Shown here: positions 28,214-38,026 of the stretch, one piece after another
Layout: each line of letters begins with the position of its first letter
Numbering within the stretch: the first letter of the stretch is position 1
Source: Bacteroidales bacterium
Lineage (GTDB): Bacteria; Bacteroidota; Bacteroidia; Bacteroidales; JAQUTK01
Reading direction: 5' to 3'
NCBI GenBank assembly: GCA_963677415.2
Contig: CAXXFJ010000034.1
Coordinates: 22,146 to 86,145 of the forward strand
Length of the DNA stretch: 64,000 nt
The notes under the pieces: model-generated
Database searches by the model: none
What the model was told of the DNA's origin: nothing
The model's input: the letters and a program-made list of their open reading frames with translations, nothing else
Program-made: the position numbers and the translations under genes

Positions 28214-30250
28214 TTACTTGGAAAAGAATATCGCTCCACTTTCAGGTTTCAAAGTCAAAGGGAAGTTACCTTTCTCTTTTTGTGTCAGTTCAAGTAGCAT
28301 GATACTGCCATTTTCCTTTTTCTCATCTAAAAAGATCATTACATTACTTTTTCCCATAAAAGAGAGGTCAATATTGATCTTGCGTTCTACAACATCTCCG
28401 TTGATGGCACCAATGTACCAGCGTTCACCGCTGCGACGTGCAATAACACAATATTTGCCTGGGAAACCTTCAATAAATCGAGTCTCATCCCAAGTGGTTG
28501 GTACCTGTCTCAGATATTCTAGTATGTAGTTAGGTCGGCTATGATCTTCGGTAAGAACGCTTAACTTTAAGTCAGGTGAGGTGGATGTGACAGAAAATTG
28601 TTTCAGGGAGTCTTTCTGATAGATTAGCTGGCTAAGATTGTCAGGTGTAAGCCCAAAGTGCTGTATTGGAGAGAAGAAGACAATAGGTAAGGCGAGTTCG
28701 AAAGCAACCGACGTGCGACGTCTGGTACCTTTATCCTGGTTCTTACTCATCCTGTTATTAAGTACCGTAGGCGTGAAGTCCATAGGGGCAACTGCATTAC
28801 GGGTGAAAGGAAGCATCGCACAATGCATCGGTTGTTTGTTGGCTGCTTCTTGTGTGAAAATGCAATTTTCCATACCATATACTGCTTCGGATGTCATATA
28901 GTTGGGATACATTCGTTCCCATCCACGTGGCAGCGTGGCACCATGAAAGTTCACGCAGATACCATACTTATTAGCATCAGTAAGAATATCTTCATAGAGT
29001 TTCATTGTTGACTGTTTATCTCCACCAAAGAAGTCCACCTTTATTGCTTTGATGCCTATGCTTTGCATCCATGCCATTTCTTTTGCACGAGCCTCGGGGG
29101 TGTTCATGCAATTCTGGGGAGTCTGAGGAGCATTATTCCAGCTACCATTAGAGTTATACCAAAGAATTGGTCGAACATTGCGAGCTGCTGCATACTTGGC
29201 AAGTTCAGCAATTTTCTCACGACCAATATTTGTATCCCACCAGTTGTCGATGAGCACGTATTCGAAATTTAGAGAGTCAGCCAGGTCAATGAACTTGATC
29301 TGATCATCATAATTTATGCTATTGTCTTGCCAAACCAACCAGCTCCAAGTAGCTCGACCTGGCATATATTGTTCTGTAGCATTATATTTCGAAGTGACCA
29401 GGTCGGTGGATATTGTGGTCTCAACGATTGGTTTAAGATTATCTCCCAAAGTGATGGTGCGCCAAGGTGTCTGAAAAGGGAGAGAGGCAGTAACGGTATT
29501 GGGTGTCTGACCATTATTTTCACCTTCTTGAGGAAATTGCACTTTAAAAAGTCCATCTTTTGTGCCTTCGCTCAGGCAGGTGCCTACATAGTGGCTATCC
29601 ACATTTGTTTCGCTGATTAGCACCCAGCCTGCTTCACCTACTTTAAAGAGAGCTGGATAAGTGAATCCTATTCCATATAGTGAAGGTTTACCGACAGGCT
29701 CATTTTCAGTATAGTACTCCTCATAACTGGGCTTGGACTCTTTCCATCCACTCATCGGTGGTGCCTGAGGAGTGATGAAGGTAGTAGTACCTTCAGGGAA
29801 ATCATAGCCTGTAGCTTCACATTTCACAGTACAGATAGTTGTACTGCTATCCGCATCCAGTTGATAACAGAAAGCAAGATTATTATTGCTGATACGAAAA
29901 ATGATACGCATCTCTTTTCCTTCTTTATTTTCCAGAGTGTAAACAACTTCATTGGCTGTATAAGTTATCTGAGAGGCTTTGCCGCGGTCCAGTTTATAAC
30001 TCTTACTATAGATTGTCGATTTGCCTCTGTCAAGTAGTTTCATCTCTTTGGAAAAGTTTCCCGTAGATGTCTCGAGTCCGAGAGGTGAAGGCTCAATCAT
30101 CGTTTTTCCTTTGTATGAGAGGGAATAGGTTGGAATCCCTTCTTTGACATCAAACTGCAAAACCGACTGTTTGTCCGGGCTGCTTACCTTTGTACTGCAA
30201 CCGGTAATCAATAGCAATAAAGAAAGTGTTTGAAACAATTTTGTTTTCAT
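28214..30250 (-). CDS. Glycoside hydrolase family 97 (alpha-glucosidase/alpha-galactosidase type), lipoprotein
   Basis: The ATG at 30250 gives a lipoprotein signal (MKTKLFQTLSLLLLITGCS). GH97 blocks are present: FQTPWRTITLG, YVLIDNWW, IKVDFFGGD, NFHGATLPRGWERMYPN and PFTRN. The upstream 70 codons of the track ORF are rejected. Confidence 0.9.
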   Translation of the reverse strand: MKTKLFQTLSLLLLITGCSTKVSSPDKQSVLQFDVKEGIPTYSLSYKGKTMIEPSPLGLETSTGNFSKEMKLLDRGKSTIYSKSYKLDRGKASQITYTANEVVYTLENKEGKEMRIIFRISNNNLAFCYQLDADSSTTICTVKCEATGYDFPEGTTTFITPQAPPMSGWKESKPSYEEYYTENEPVGKPSLYGIGFTYPALFKVGEAGWVLISETNVDSHYVGTCLSEGTKDGLFKVQFPQEGENNGQTPNTVTASLPFQTPWRTITLGDNLKPIVETTISTDLVTSKYNATEQYMPGRATWSWLVWQDNSINYDDQIKFIDLADSLNFEYVLIDNWWDTNIGREKIAELAKYAAARNVRPILWYNSNGSWNNAPQTPQNCMNTPEARAKEMAWMQSIGIKAIKVDFFGGDKQSTMKLYEDILTDANKYGICVNFHGATLPRGWERMYPNYMTSEAVYGMENCIFTQEAANKQPMHCAMLPFTRNAVAPMDFTPTVLNNRMSKNQDKGTRRRTSVAFELALPIVFFSPIQHFGLTPDNLSQLIYQKDSLKQFSVTSTSPDLKLSVLTEDHSRPNYILEYLRQVPTTWDETRFIEGFPGKYCVIARRSGERWYIGAINGDVVERKINIDLSFMGKSNVMIFLDEKKENGSIMLLELTQKEKGNFPLTLKPESGAIFFSK

Positions 30251-30292
30251 TAGCTGATTGTATGTATTATAGTATGCTTCTTTTATTGTGAA

Positions 30293-30300
30293 CAAAGATA
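30293..30300 (-). promoter_or_regulatory. -7 promoter box (TATCTTTG on the minus strand) for the GH97 gene
   Basis: The plus strand reads CAAAGATA, 43 nt upstream of the ATG at 30250. Confidence 0.45.
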
Positions 30301-30384
30301 GGGGATTTGTTCTTATTAAGAAGTTCTGGATACGTTTTTTCGATAAAATAAGAGGAAACGTGAGCAGGATTCGCAAATATTGGT

Positions 30385-30392
30385 TACTTTTG
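30385..30392 (+). promoter_or_regulatory. -7 promoter box TACTTTTG for the rseC-rnf operon
   Basis: Exact TAnnTTTG match 28 nt upstream of the ATG at 30420. Confidence 0.5.
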
Positions 30393-30419
30393 CCGCGAAT
30401 GTAATGTTGAGATTGCAAA

Positions 30420-30839
30420 ATGAATGAGAGTATTGTACATGAAGGTCTAATAGAAAGCATCTCGGATACTGTAATAAAGGTAAGAGTGCTCCAGGTTTCT
30501 GCGTGTTCAGGGTGTCATGCGAAGGGTGTCTGCTCTTCTGTTGACCAGAAAGAAAGAATCATAGATGTGCAGCCAGATGGGAACTCTTATCTAACGGGAG
30601 ACAAAGTGTCCCTTTATGGAAGACGATCGTGGGGGCTGAAAGCTGTTTTTTGGGCTTTCTTTTTACCGTTCATATTAGTGGTCTGTTCCCTCACACTACT
30701 CACTTCGCTTCATACTTCAGAATTACTCTCCGGTCTTCTCTCATTAGCTGTTCTGATACCTTATTATTTAGTACTTAGAATGTTTAGGTCTCAATTGAAA
30801 AAGAACTTTTCTTTTACCATCGATAAAATCAACAATTAA
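30420..30839 (+). CDS. RseC/MucC (SoxR-reducing system) family protein preceding rnf
   Basis: Contains the N-terminal Cys motif (VSACSGCHAKGVCSS) followed by two TM helices. It sits immediately upstream of rnfB. Confidence 0.8.
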   Translation: MNESIVHEGLIESISDTVIKVRVLQVSACSGCHAKGVCSSVDQKERIIDVQPDGNSYLTGDKVSLYGRRSWGLKAVFWAFFLPFILVVCSLTLLTSLHTSELLSGLLSLAVLIPYYLVLRMFRSQLKKNFSFTIDKINN

Positions 30840-30850
30840 TATAAATTGGA

Positions 30851-31696
30851 ATGAACTTGATCGTTATAGCCATTATTACTCTTGGAGCCATCGGAGCACT
30901 GAGTGCTGTTATTCTCTATTTCGCTGCAAAGAAGTTTGCGGTCTTTGAAGATATCCGCATCGCTCAGATTGAAGAAGTATTGCCGGCTGCAAACTGTGGA
31001 GGTTGTGGAAATCCAGGATGTCATGCTTTTGCCGAAGCTTGTGTGAAAGCTGAAGATTTCAGTACTTTATATTGTCCGGTAGGTGGAGCAGGAGTTATGG
31101 CAAAGGTTGCAGTGATATTAGGAAAAGAAGCAAAGGAGGCTGTGCCAATGATTGCAGTGGTTCGGTGTAATGGCACGTGTGAAAATCGTCCGCTAACCAG
31201 CGTGTATGATGGAGCGACTTCTTGTGCTGTAGCTGCAGCATTATATGGTGGTGATACAGATTGTAGCTACGGATGCCTGGGATGTGGTGATTGTGAAAAT
31301 GCCTGTAAGTTTGATGCTATTTTCATGAATCCTGAGACTCGTCTGCCAGAGGTAGTGGAGGATGCTTGTACGGCATGTGGTGCCTGTGTAAAAGCATGTC
31401 CTAAATCAATCATCGAACTTCGTAAGAAAGGTCCGAAGTCACGCCGAATATATGTATCTTGCGTCAATAAGGATAAAGGTGCTCTTTCAAGGAAAGCATG
31501 CGAGGTCTCTTGTATCGGTTGTGGAAAGTGTCAGAAGATCTGTGAATTTGACGCAATTACAATTGAAAACAACCTGGCTTATATCGATTATAATAAATGC
31601 CGTTTATGCCGTAAGTGTGTAGAGGTGTGTCCGACTAAAGCGATTCATGAATTGAACTTTCCTCCAAAGAAGGTTGAGGTACAAGAAGCCGTATAA
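30851..31696 (+). CDS. rnfB: Rnf complex subunit B (polyferredoxin)
   Basis: N-terminal TM helix, the CGGCGNPGC motif, and several CxxCxxCxxxCP 4Fe-4S motifs. Confidence 0.92.
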   Translation: MNLIVIAIITLGAIGALSAVILYFAAKKFAVFEDIRIAQIEEVLPAANCGGCGNPGCHAFAEACVKAEDFSTLYCPVGGAGVMAKVAVILGKEAKEAVPMIAVVRCNGTCENRPLTSVYDGATSCAVAAALYGGDTDCSYGCLGCGDCENACKFDAIFMNPETRLPEVVEDACTACGACVKACPKSIIELRKKGPKSRRIYVSCVNKDKGALSRKACEVSCIGCGKCQKICEFDAITIENNLAYIDYNKCRLCRKCVEVCPTKAIHELNFPPKKVEVQEAV

Positions 31697-31737
31697 TCGG
31701 ACGGAAGGTATTCACTACAAATAGATTTGAATAATAT

Positions 31738-33072
31738 ATGTTGAAGACATTCAGAATAGGCGGTATTCATCCACCTGAAAACAAATTGTCGGCTGAAAAG
31801 AAGATTGAGCAACTTGCGTTGCCTGTCCAAGCGGTAATCCCTCTTTCCCAACATCTGGGCGCACCAACGCAAGCTGTTGTCGTCAAAGGCGATAAGGTGA
31901 AAGTGGGTACTATTATTGCCAAAGCGAGCGGTTTTGTGTCCGCTAACGTACATTCTTCTGTATCGGGCACAGTTGTCAAAATTGATTCGGTGTTGGATGC
32001 CAGCGGATATCGCAAGCCAGCCATATTTATAGATGTAGAAGGAGATGAATGGGAGCCTTCCATTGATCGATCCATCAATCTGTCAAATAATATCGATAGT
32101 ATTTCAAAGGAAGATATAATCCGGAAGATTTCAGAGAATGGTGTAGTGGGAATGGGAGGGGCAACCTTTCCTACTCATGTCAAACTAACCCCTCCTTCCG
32201 GTATGAAAGCAGAAGTGCTGATCATTAATGGAGTGGAATGCGAACCTTATCTTACTGCGGATCATGCGCTGATGTTAGTCAAGGGTGCGGAGATCATTGT
32301 TGGTATTCGCTTGCTGATGAAAGCCCTCAATGTGGATAAGGCATTTATCGCTATTGAAAATAATAAAAAAGATGCCATAGCAAGTCTGACACTTCTTGCC
32401 CGTGATTACTCAGGGATAGAAGTCTGCACGATGGCAATGAAATATCCACAAGGTGGAGAGAAGCAACTTATTGATGCTGTGATAGGTCGACAGGTGCCAA
32501 GTGGCGGATTACCAATTGCAACAGGAGCTGTCGTTCAAAATATTGCTTCGGCATTTGCAGTATACGAGGCTGTGATGAAAAACAAACCTTTGTTTGAAAG
32601 AATAGTAACAGTGACAGGCAAGAATCTAATTTCACCTTCTAACTTTAGTACTCGCATAGGTACTCCGATATCGATGCTGATTGAGGCTGCTGGCGGATTA
32701 CCGGAAGATACAGGTAAAGTAATTGGTGGTGGTCCGATGATGGGCAAAGCGCTAGTCAACGTAGCTGTACCTGTAACTAAAGGTAGTTCGGGTGTTTTAC
32801 TGATGACTCGTAAAGAGTCAAAACGTAAGGTGGAGCAAACCTGTATCCGCTGTGCTAAATGCACGACTGTATGCTCCATGGGGCTTGAACCTTTCCTCTT
32901 GGGAACGCTGGCTGAAAAGGGTATGTACGATGCTTTAGAAAAGGAACTAATCATGAACTGCATTGAATGTGGCTCATGCAATTATACCTGTCCTGCTCAC
33001 CGTCCGTTACTTGATTATATCCGTTTAGGGAAAGCGAAAGTGGGAACAATCATCCGTAACAGAAAGAAATAA
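31738..33072 (+). CDS. rnfC: Rnf complex subunit C
   Basis: NADH/FMN-binding fold (GMGGATFPTHVKL) and two 4Fe-4S motifs (CIRCAKCTTVCS, CIECGSCNYTCPA). Confidence 0.95.
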   Translation: MLKTFRIGGIHPPENKLSAEKKIEQLALPVQAVIPLSQHLGAPTQAVVVKGDKVKVGTIIAKASGFVSANVHSSVSGTVVKIDSVLDASGYRKPAIFIDVEGDEWEPSIDRSINLSNNIDSISKEDIIRKISENGVVGMGGATFPTHVKLTPPSGMKAEVLIINGVECEPYLTADHALMLVKGAEIIVGIRLLMKALNVDKAFIAIENNKKDAIASLTLLARDYSGIEVCTMAMKYPQGGEKQLIDAVIGRQVPSGGLPIATGAVVQNIASAFAVYEAVMKNKPLFERIVTVTGKNLISPSNFSTRIGTPISMLIEAAGGLPEDTGKVIGGGPMMGKALVNVAVPVTKGSSGVLLMTRKESKRKVEQTCIRCAKCTTVCSMGLEPFLLGTLAEKGMYDALEKELIMNCIECGSCNYTCPAHRPLLDYIRLGKAKVGTIIRNRKK

Positions 33073-33083
33073 TTAGCAGATAT

Positions 33084-34046
33084 ATGGAAAATAAATTAGT
33101 TATATCGCCATCTCCGCATATCCATAGTGGAGATAGTGTCTCGAAAAATATGTATGGAGTAATGATCGCACTGATTCCTGCTTATCTGGTCTCGTTGCTA
33201 TTCTTCGGAGTGGGTGCTTTGGTGGTCAGTTTGACATCTGTGATTGCCTGTGTAGGTTTTGAATACTTGATTCAAAAGTATATTATGAATATCAAACCGA
33301 CACTCTTTGATGGTTCTGCAATGCTGACCGGTTTGCTACTTGCTTTCAATCTTCCTTCCAATTTGCCTGTCTGGATAATTCTGATCGGAGCCCTCGTATC
33401 CATTGGTGTCGGCAAAATGTCATTTGGTGGACTTGGCAACAATATTTTTAATCCGGCGCTTGTCGGACGAGTTTTTTTACTTATTTCCTTTCCGGTACAA
33501 ATGACAAGTTGGCCGGAACCGGGACAGTTGACTGTATATCTTGATGCAATAACGGCTGCCACTCCATTGACAATTCTGAAAGAAGGAGGACACAAATTAC
33601 CTGATATGCAGGATATTTTGATTGGATTTAAAGGAGGAAGTATTGGTGAAGTTTCTGTATTTTCTCTTCTCATTGGTTTTGCCTTCTTACTCTATAAGAA
33701 GATAATTACCTGGCATATTCCCGTCACAATTTTTGCAACAGTGGCTGTCTTCACAGGCATCTTGTATGGTATAGATCCTGTCAAATATGCATCACCATTA
33801 ATTCATTTAACGACTGGTGGACTTGTTTTAGGTGCCGTTTATATGGCTACGGACTATGTCACATCTCCAATGTCAAAAGGAGGAATGATTGTGTATGGAG
33901 TAGGAATCGGAATGATTACTATTTTGATTCGTTCGTTTGGAGCTTACCCGGGTGGAGTCTCTTTTGCCATTCTGATCATGAATGCCTTCACACCACTCAT
34001 AAATATGTATATCAAACCTAAACGATTTGGGGAGGAGAAGAAATAA
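33084..34046 (+). CDS. rnfD: Rnf complex subunit D
   Basis: Polytopic NqrB/RnfD family protein with the motif GAVYMATDYVTSP. Confidence 0.93.
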   Translation: MENKLVISPSPHIHSGDSVSKNMYGVMIALIPAYLVSLLFFGVGALVVSLTSVIACVGFEYLIQKYIMNIKPTLFDGSAMLTGLLLAFNLPSNLPVWIILIGALVSIGVGKMSFGGLGNNIFNPALVGRVFLLISFPVQMTSWPEPGQLTVYLDAITAATPLTILKEGGHKLPDMQDILIGFKGGSIGEVSVFSLLIGFAFLLYKKIITWHIPVTIFATVAVFTGILYGIDPVKYASPLIHLTTGGLVLGAVYMATDYVTSPMSKGGMIVYGVGIGMITILIRSFGAYPGGVSFAILIMNAFTPLINMYIKPKRFGEEKK

Positions 34047-34681
34047 TGGCAGCAATGAAATCTTCATTTAAGAATATGTTTCTGGTGCTCACGTGTGTAT
34101 GCGTTGTTGCTTCCGGACTGCTAGCGGGAGTCAATCAGCTCACAAAAAGCGCAATCGAAGCAGCCAATAAGGCTAAACAGGTCAATGCAATCAAGGCTGT
34201 GCTACCAGAGTTTGATAATGATCCCATAGGCGAAAGCTATATGATAACAGATGCTAATGGTGATTCCTTACGCGTATTTCCGGCAAAGAAGAATAATGAG
34301 ACAGTAGGAATGGCTGTTGAGACTTTCTCTGACAAAGGATTTGGAGGGAATATTACACTGATGGTGGGCTTTGATAAGAGTGGTGCGATCATTAATTATC
34401 AGGTACTGAATCACAAAGAGACTCCCGGTCTTGGATCCAAGATGGAAGAGTGGTTCCATGCAGAAAAGAATAGCCAATGTGTGCTTGGTAAGGTGCCCGG
34501 AAGCGAGGGACTCAAAGTGTCCAAGAAGGTCAACACAGAAGGATATGTTGATGCTATTACGGCGGCAACCATATCTTCCCGTGCCTTTGTGGACGCGATA
34601 AACAAGGCTTATATAAGTGCATTTAAGGCAAATGATGGAAGTTCAGGGGCTACACCGCAGAAGCAATCCTATAATAACTAA
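34046..34681 (+). CDS. rnfG: Rnf complex subunit G (FMN-binding)
   Basis: A single TM helix plus an FMN_bind domain with the covalent-FMN motif DAITAATISS. The start overlaps the rnfD stop (TAATG). Confidence 0.9.
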   Translation: MAAMKSSFKNMFLVLTCVCVVASGLLAGVNQLTKSAIEAANKAKQVNAIKAVLPEFDNDPIGESYMITDANGDSLRVFPAKKNNETVGMAVETFSDKGFGGNITLMVGFDKSGAIINYQVLNHKETPGLGSKMEEWFHAEKNSQCVLGKVPGSEGLKVSKKVNTEGYVDAITAATISSRAFVDAINKAYISAFKANDGSSGATPQKQSYNN

Positions 34682-34686
34682 CAAGT

Positions 34687-35277
34687 ATGAAAAAGATTAA
34701 GATTATATTGAACGGTCTCATTACTGAGAATCCTACGTTTGTACTCTTGCTTGGTATGTGTCCGACATTGGGTACTACCTCATCTGCAATCAATGGTCTG
34801 GGTATGGGACTTGCCACCATGTTTGTGCTTATTGGCTCGAATGTGGTAATCTCTATGGTGAAAAACATTGTGCCTGATAAAGTGCGTATACCTGTCTTTG
34901 TGGTGATCATCGCAGCTTTTGTGAGTATACTGGAAATGGTGATGCAGGCTTACGTACCTTCACTATATGCTAGTCTGGGACTTTTTATTCCCTTGATAGT
35001 TGTAAACTGTATTGTACTAGCACGTGCTGAGTCATTTGCCTGCAAAAACAGCATCTTTGATTCACTACTGGATGGTGTTGGGATTGGTCTGGGATTTACG
35101 GTCGCGCTAACAATGCTTGGCGCAATTCGTGAACTACTTGGTACTGGAAAAGCTTTTGGCTTTACCCTCTTTCCTGATAATTACGGTATGCTTGTATTCG
35201 TATTGGCTCCGGGCGCTTTTATTGCCTTGGGGTATCTCATTGCGATTGTAAATAAGATGATGAAAGTTAACTCATAA
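34687..35277 (+). CDS. rnfE: Rnf complex subunit E
   Basis: NqrD/RnfE family (NPTFVLLLGMCP, LGLFIPLIVVNCIVL). Confidence 0.93.
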   Translation: MKKIKIILNGLITENPTFVLLLGMCPTLGTTSSAINGLGMGLATMFVLIGSNVVISMVKNIVPDKVRIPVFVVIIAAFVSILEMVMQAYVPSLYASLGLFIPLIVVNCIVLARAESFACKNSIFDSLLDGVGIGLGFTVALTMLGAIRELLGTGKAFGFTLFPDNYGMLVFVLAPGAFIALGYLIAIVNKMMKVNS

Positions 35278-35289
35278 GATCAATAGATT

Positions 35290-35862
35290 ATGTACTATTT
35301 AATGATGTTTATCGCAGCAGTCTTTGTTAATAACATCGTACTGGCACAGTTTTTGGGAGTTTGCCCGTTCTTCGGTGTTTCCAAGAAGATTGATACGGCT
35401 GTCGGCATGAGCGCAGCTGTTACTTTTGTGTTGACACTTGCTACAATCGTTACGTACCTGATTCAGGTTTATGTACTTACACCATTTGGACTGGGTTTCT
35501 TGCAGACACTGACTTTTATCCTTGTCATTGCAGCATTAGTGCAGATGGTAGAAATCATCCTGAAGAAGACATCTCCGGCACTGTATCAGGCCTTAGGAGT
35601 CTTTCTCCCGTTAATTACGACAAACTGTGCAATTCTTGGTGTGGCGATTCTTGTTATCCAGAAGCAATACAATCTTCTGGAATCAGTTGTCTTTGCCTTT
35701 TCTACGGCTATTGGTTTTGGACTTGCGCTGGTGTTATTTGCAGGCATTCGTGAACAGCTTGCTTTGAACAATGTGCCGAAAGGGCTTGAAGGTTTCCCTA
35801 TCGCTCTGATTACCGCAGGACTACTTGCCATGGCCTTCATGGGATTTGCAGGTATGGTATAG
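35290..35862 (+). CDS. rnfA: Rnf complex subunit A
   Basis: NqrE/RnfA family ([30 protein letters not shown]). Confidence 0.93.
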   Translation: MYYLMMFIAAVFVNNIVLAQFLGVCPFFGVSKKIDTAVGMSAAVTFVLTLATIVTYLIQVYVLTPFGLGFLQTLTFILVIAALVQMVEIILKKTSPALYQALGVFLPLITTNCAILGVAILVIQKQYNLLESVVFAFSTAIGFGLALVLFAGIREQLALNNVPKGLEGFPIALITAGLLAMAFMGFAGMV

Positions 35863-35882
35863 TTGAGAGGCATAAATACTTA

Positions 35883-35932
35883 GAAATAGTTGGATTCTTT
35901 TTCTGAAAAAAGAAATCCAACTATTTTTTTTC
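35883..35932 (+). terminator. Rho-independent terminator of the rnf operon
   Basis: A ~19-bp near-perfect stem (AAATAGTTGGATTCTTTTT / AAAAAGAAATCCAACTATTT) followed by a T8 tract. Confidence 0.8.
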
Positions 35933-35946
35933 TTTAATAGAAAGAT

Positions 35947-35954
35947 TATCTTTG
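35947..35954 (+). promoter_or_regulatory. -7 promoter box TATCTTTG
   Basis: Exact TAnnTTTG match 23 nt upstream of the ATG at 35977. Confidence 0.5.
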
Positions 35955-35976
35955 CACACTAATAAGGTCGTTTTAT

Positions 35977-36867
35977 ATGGTAAAACCAACGTTGTTTGTA
36001 TTAGCAGCCGGACTCGGAAATAAATATGGTGGAATGAGGCAACAGGAAAGCATCGGTCCTAATGGAGAAACAATTCTCGATTACACGGTGTTTGATGCTT
36101 GCCGCGCTGGCTTCGGGAAGATTGTATTTGTTATCTATTCTGCCTTTGAAAAAGAATTTAGACAACTTGTTCTCTCTAAATATGAGGGACGTGTTTCTAT
36201 CGAATGTCTCGTTCAGGATAAAGACAATGCTAATCAGGGCAACAAGATTAAATCTCCATACCCATGGAGCTCAATTTGTGCTTTGTGGGCGGGTAGAGAA
36301 CTTCTTTCTGAACCTTTTGGTGTAGTTAATGCCGAGGATTTCTATGGAATGGAAAGCTTTGAGATTCTAGCTGATGCGCTGACTAAAGTATCTGCCTCCA
36401 ATTATTTCAACGTTGCATTTGAGCTTCGGAAGACTCTTTCAGAAACATCTCCTTTAACAAGAGGTATCTGTGTCATGGATGATAACAACGTGTTGGATTC
36501 TATTGTAGATCATTTAGAGGTTGAGATGACCGGTGGAAATGTGGTCTATAAAAACAAAGATAATCAACGCACTGAAATAAATGGGACGAGCATAACATCT
36601 ATCAATATGTGGGCATTAGATCCGGATATATTCAACTATACTGCAAAGTATGTGGATAATATATATCTCCAAAACCATGAAAGCGAGAAGGCGTGCTACA
36701 CGATTACAGAAATGATCAACATGCTACTCTTAAAGGAACAAGTGAAGGTGAAAGTACTCGTCACACCGTCAGAATGGTTGGGCGTTACTTCTGCCGATGA
36801 CAGAGTTCCCCTGGTGCTTAAGATCAACGATTATATCAAAACGAAACGATATCCGAAAAGTTTGTGA
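35977..36867 (+). CDS. Sugar-phosphate nucleotidyltransferase-fold protein (divergent motifs)
   Basis: The N-terminus (LFVLAAGLGNKYGG) resembles the LAAGxGxR(Y/F)GG nucleotide-binding loop of NTP-transferases, but with Lys in place of Arg. Confidence 0.7.
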   Translation: MVKPTLFVLAAGLGNKYGGMRQQESIGPNGETILDYTVFDACRAGFGKIVFVIYSAFEKEFRQLVLSKYEGRVSIECLVQDKDNANQGNKIKSPYPWSSICALWAGRELLSEPFGVVNAEDFYGMESFEILADALTKVSASNYFNVAFELRKTLSETSPLTRGICVMDDNNVLDSIVDHLEVEMTGGNVVYKNKDNQRTEINGTSITSINMWALDPDIFNYTAKYVDNIYLQNHESEKACYTITEMINMLLLKEQVKVKVLVTPSEWLGVTSADDRVPLVLKINDYIKTKRYPKSL

Positions 36868-36894
36868 ATACTGTACTTATTATACTAAACAATT

Positions 36895-37938
36895 ATGTCA
36901 AAAGGTAGAATCTTAGTAACTGGTGGCACTGGTTACATCGGCTCACACACAGCTGTAGAGCTTCAAAATGCGGGATATGAAGTGATTATTATTGATAACC
37001 TATCCAACTCGACTATAGAAGTGCTGGATGGTATTGAAAAAATTACAGGCATCCGTCCTGCTTTTAAAGAGATGGACGTATGTGATAAGGCTGCCCTGGA
37101 GGATCTCTTCGTGCAGTATCCGGGAATCTTGGGTGTTATTAACTTTGCAGCTTTCAAAGCCGTTGGAGAGTCAGTAAAGATGCCTCTGAAGTATTATCAT
37201 AATAACCTTGTTTCTGTCGTTAATCTCATGGAACTGATGCCGAAGTACAACATCAAGGGTTTTGTATTTTCTTCATCTTGTACTGTATATGGTCAGCCTG
37301 ATAAAGAATACCTTCCTGTTACTGAATCTGCTCCACGCCAAAAAGCTATGTCTCCTTACGGAAATACAAAAGCAATCTGCGAGGATATTATTCATGATAC
37401 AATCACCTCAGGAGCAACTTTCAAGAGCATTATACTTCGCTATTTCAATCCGATCGGAGCACATCCTACCGCAATCATTGGCGAACTACCCAACGGAGTA
37501 CCACAGAACCTGCTTCCGTTTGTAACTCAGACTGCTGCTGGCATCCGCGAACAGTTGAGCGTCTATGGTGACGACTATAACACTCCTGACGGTTCATGTA
37601 TCCGCGACTATATCAATATTGTTGACTTGGCAAAGGCTCATGTGATCGCTGTGGATCGTATGATTCAGGATAAGTGTCTGGAACCGGTTGAGATATTTAA
37701 CCTGGGCACCGGACGCGGACTTTCTGTACTTGAAATATTGACTACCTTCGAGAAAGTAACCGGCGTTAAAGTGAACTATAAGATTGTAGGAAGACGTGAA
37801 GGCGATATCGAACAGGTATGGGCTGACCCGGTAAAAGCAAACACAGTGCTTGGTTGGACAGCATCTGAGACTGTGGAAGATACATTGGCTTCTGCCTGGA
37901 AATGGCAATTGAAGTTGATGGCTGACGCGAAGAAATAA
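36895..37938 (+). CDS. galE: UDP-glucose 4-epimerase
   Basis: Rossmann motif GGTGYIGSH, catalytic SPYGNTK (YxxxK), and full-length GalE similarity. Confidence 0.95.
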   Translation: MSKGRILVTGGTGYIGSHTAVELQNAGYEVIIIDNLSNSTIEVLDGIEKITGIRPAFKEMDVCDKAALEDLFVQYPGILGVINFAAFKAVGESVKMPLKYYHNNLVSVVNLMELMPKYNIKGFVFSSSCTVYGQPDKEYLPVTESAPRQKAMSPYGNTKAICEDIIHDTITSGATFKSIILRYFNPIGAHPTAIIGELPNGVPQNLLPFVTQTAAGIREQLSVYGDDYNTPDGSCIRDYINIVDLAKAHVIAVDRMIQDKCLEPVEIFNLGTGRGLSVLEILTTFEKVTGVKVNYKIVGRREGDIEQVWADPVKANTVLGWTASETVEDTLASAWKWQLKLMADAKK

Positions 37939-37962
37939 ACGACCCTTTTGTCAACATACAGG

Positions 37963-38010
37963 AAGGCTGTCTCGCTGATCAGAAGATTGATTTGTGAGGC
38001 AGCCTTTTCT
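37963..38010 (+). terminator. Possible terminator after galE
   Basis: An 11-bp stem AAGGCTGTCTC / GAGGCAGCCTT (one G-U pair) with a 22-nt loop, followed by a T-rich stretch. Confidence 0.4.
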
Positions 38011-38026
38011 TATTGAGTCTATAGAT

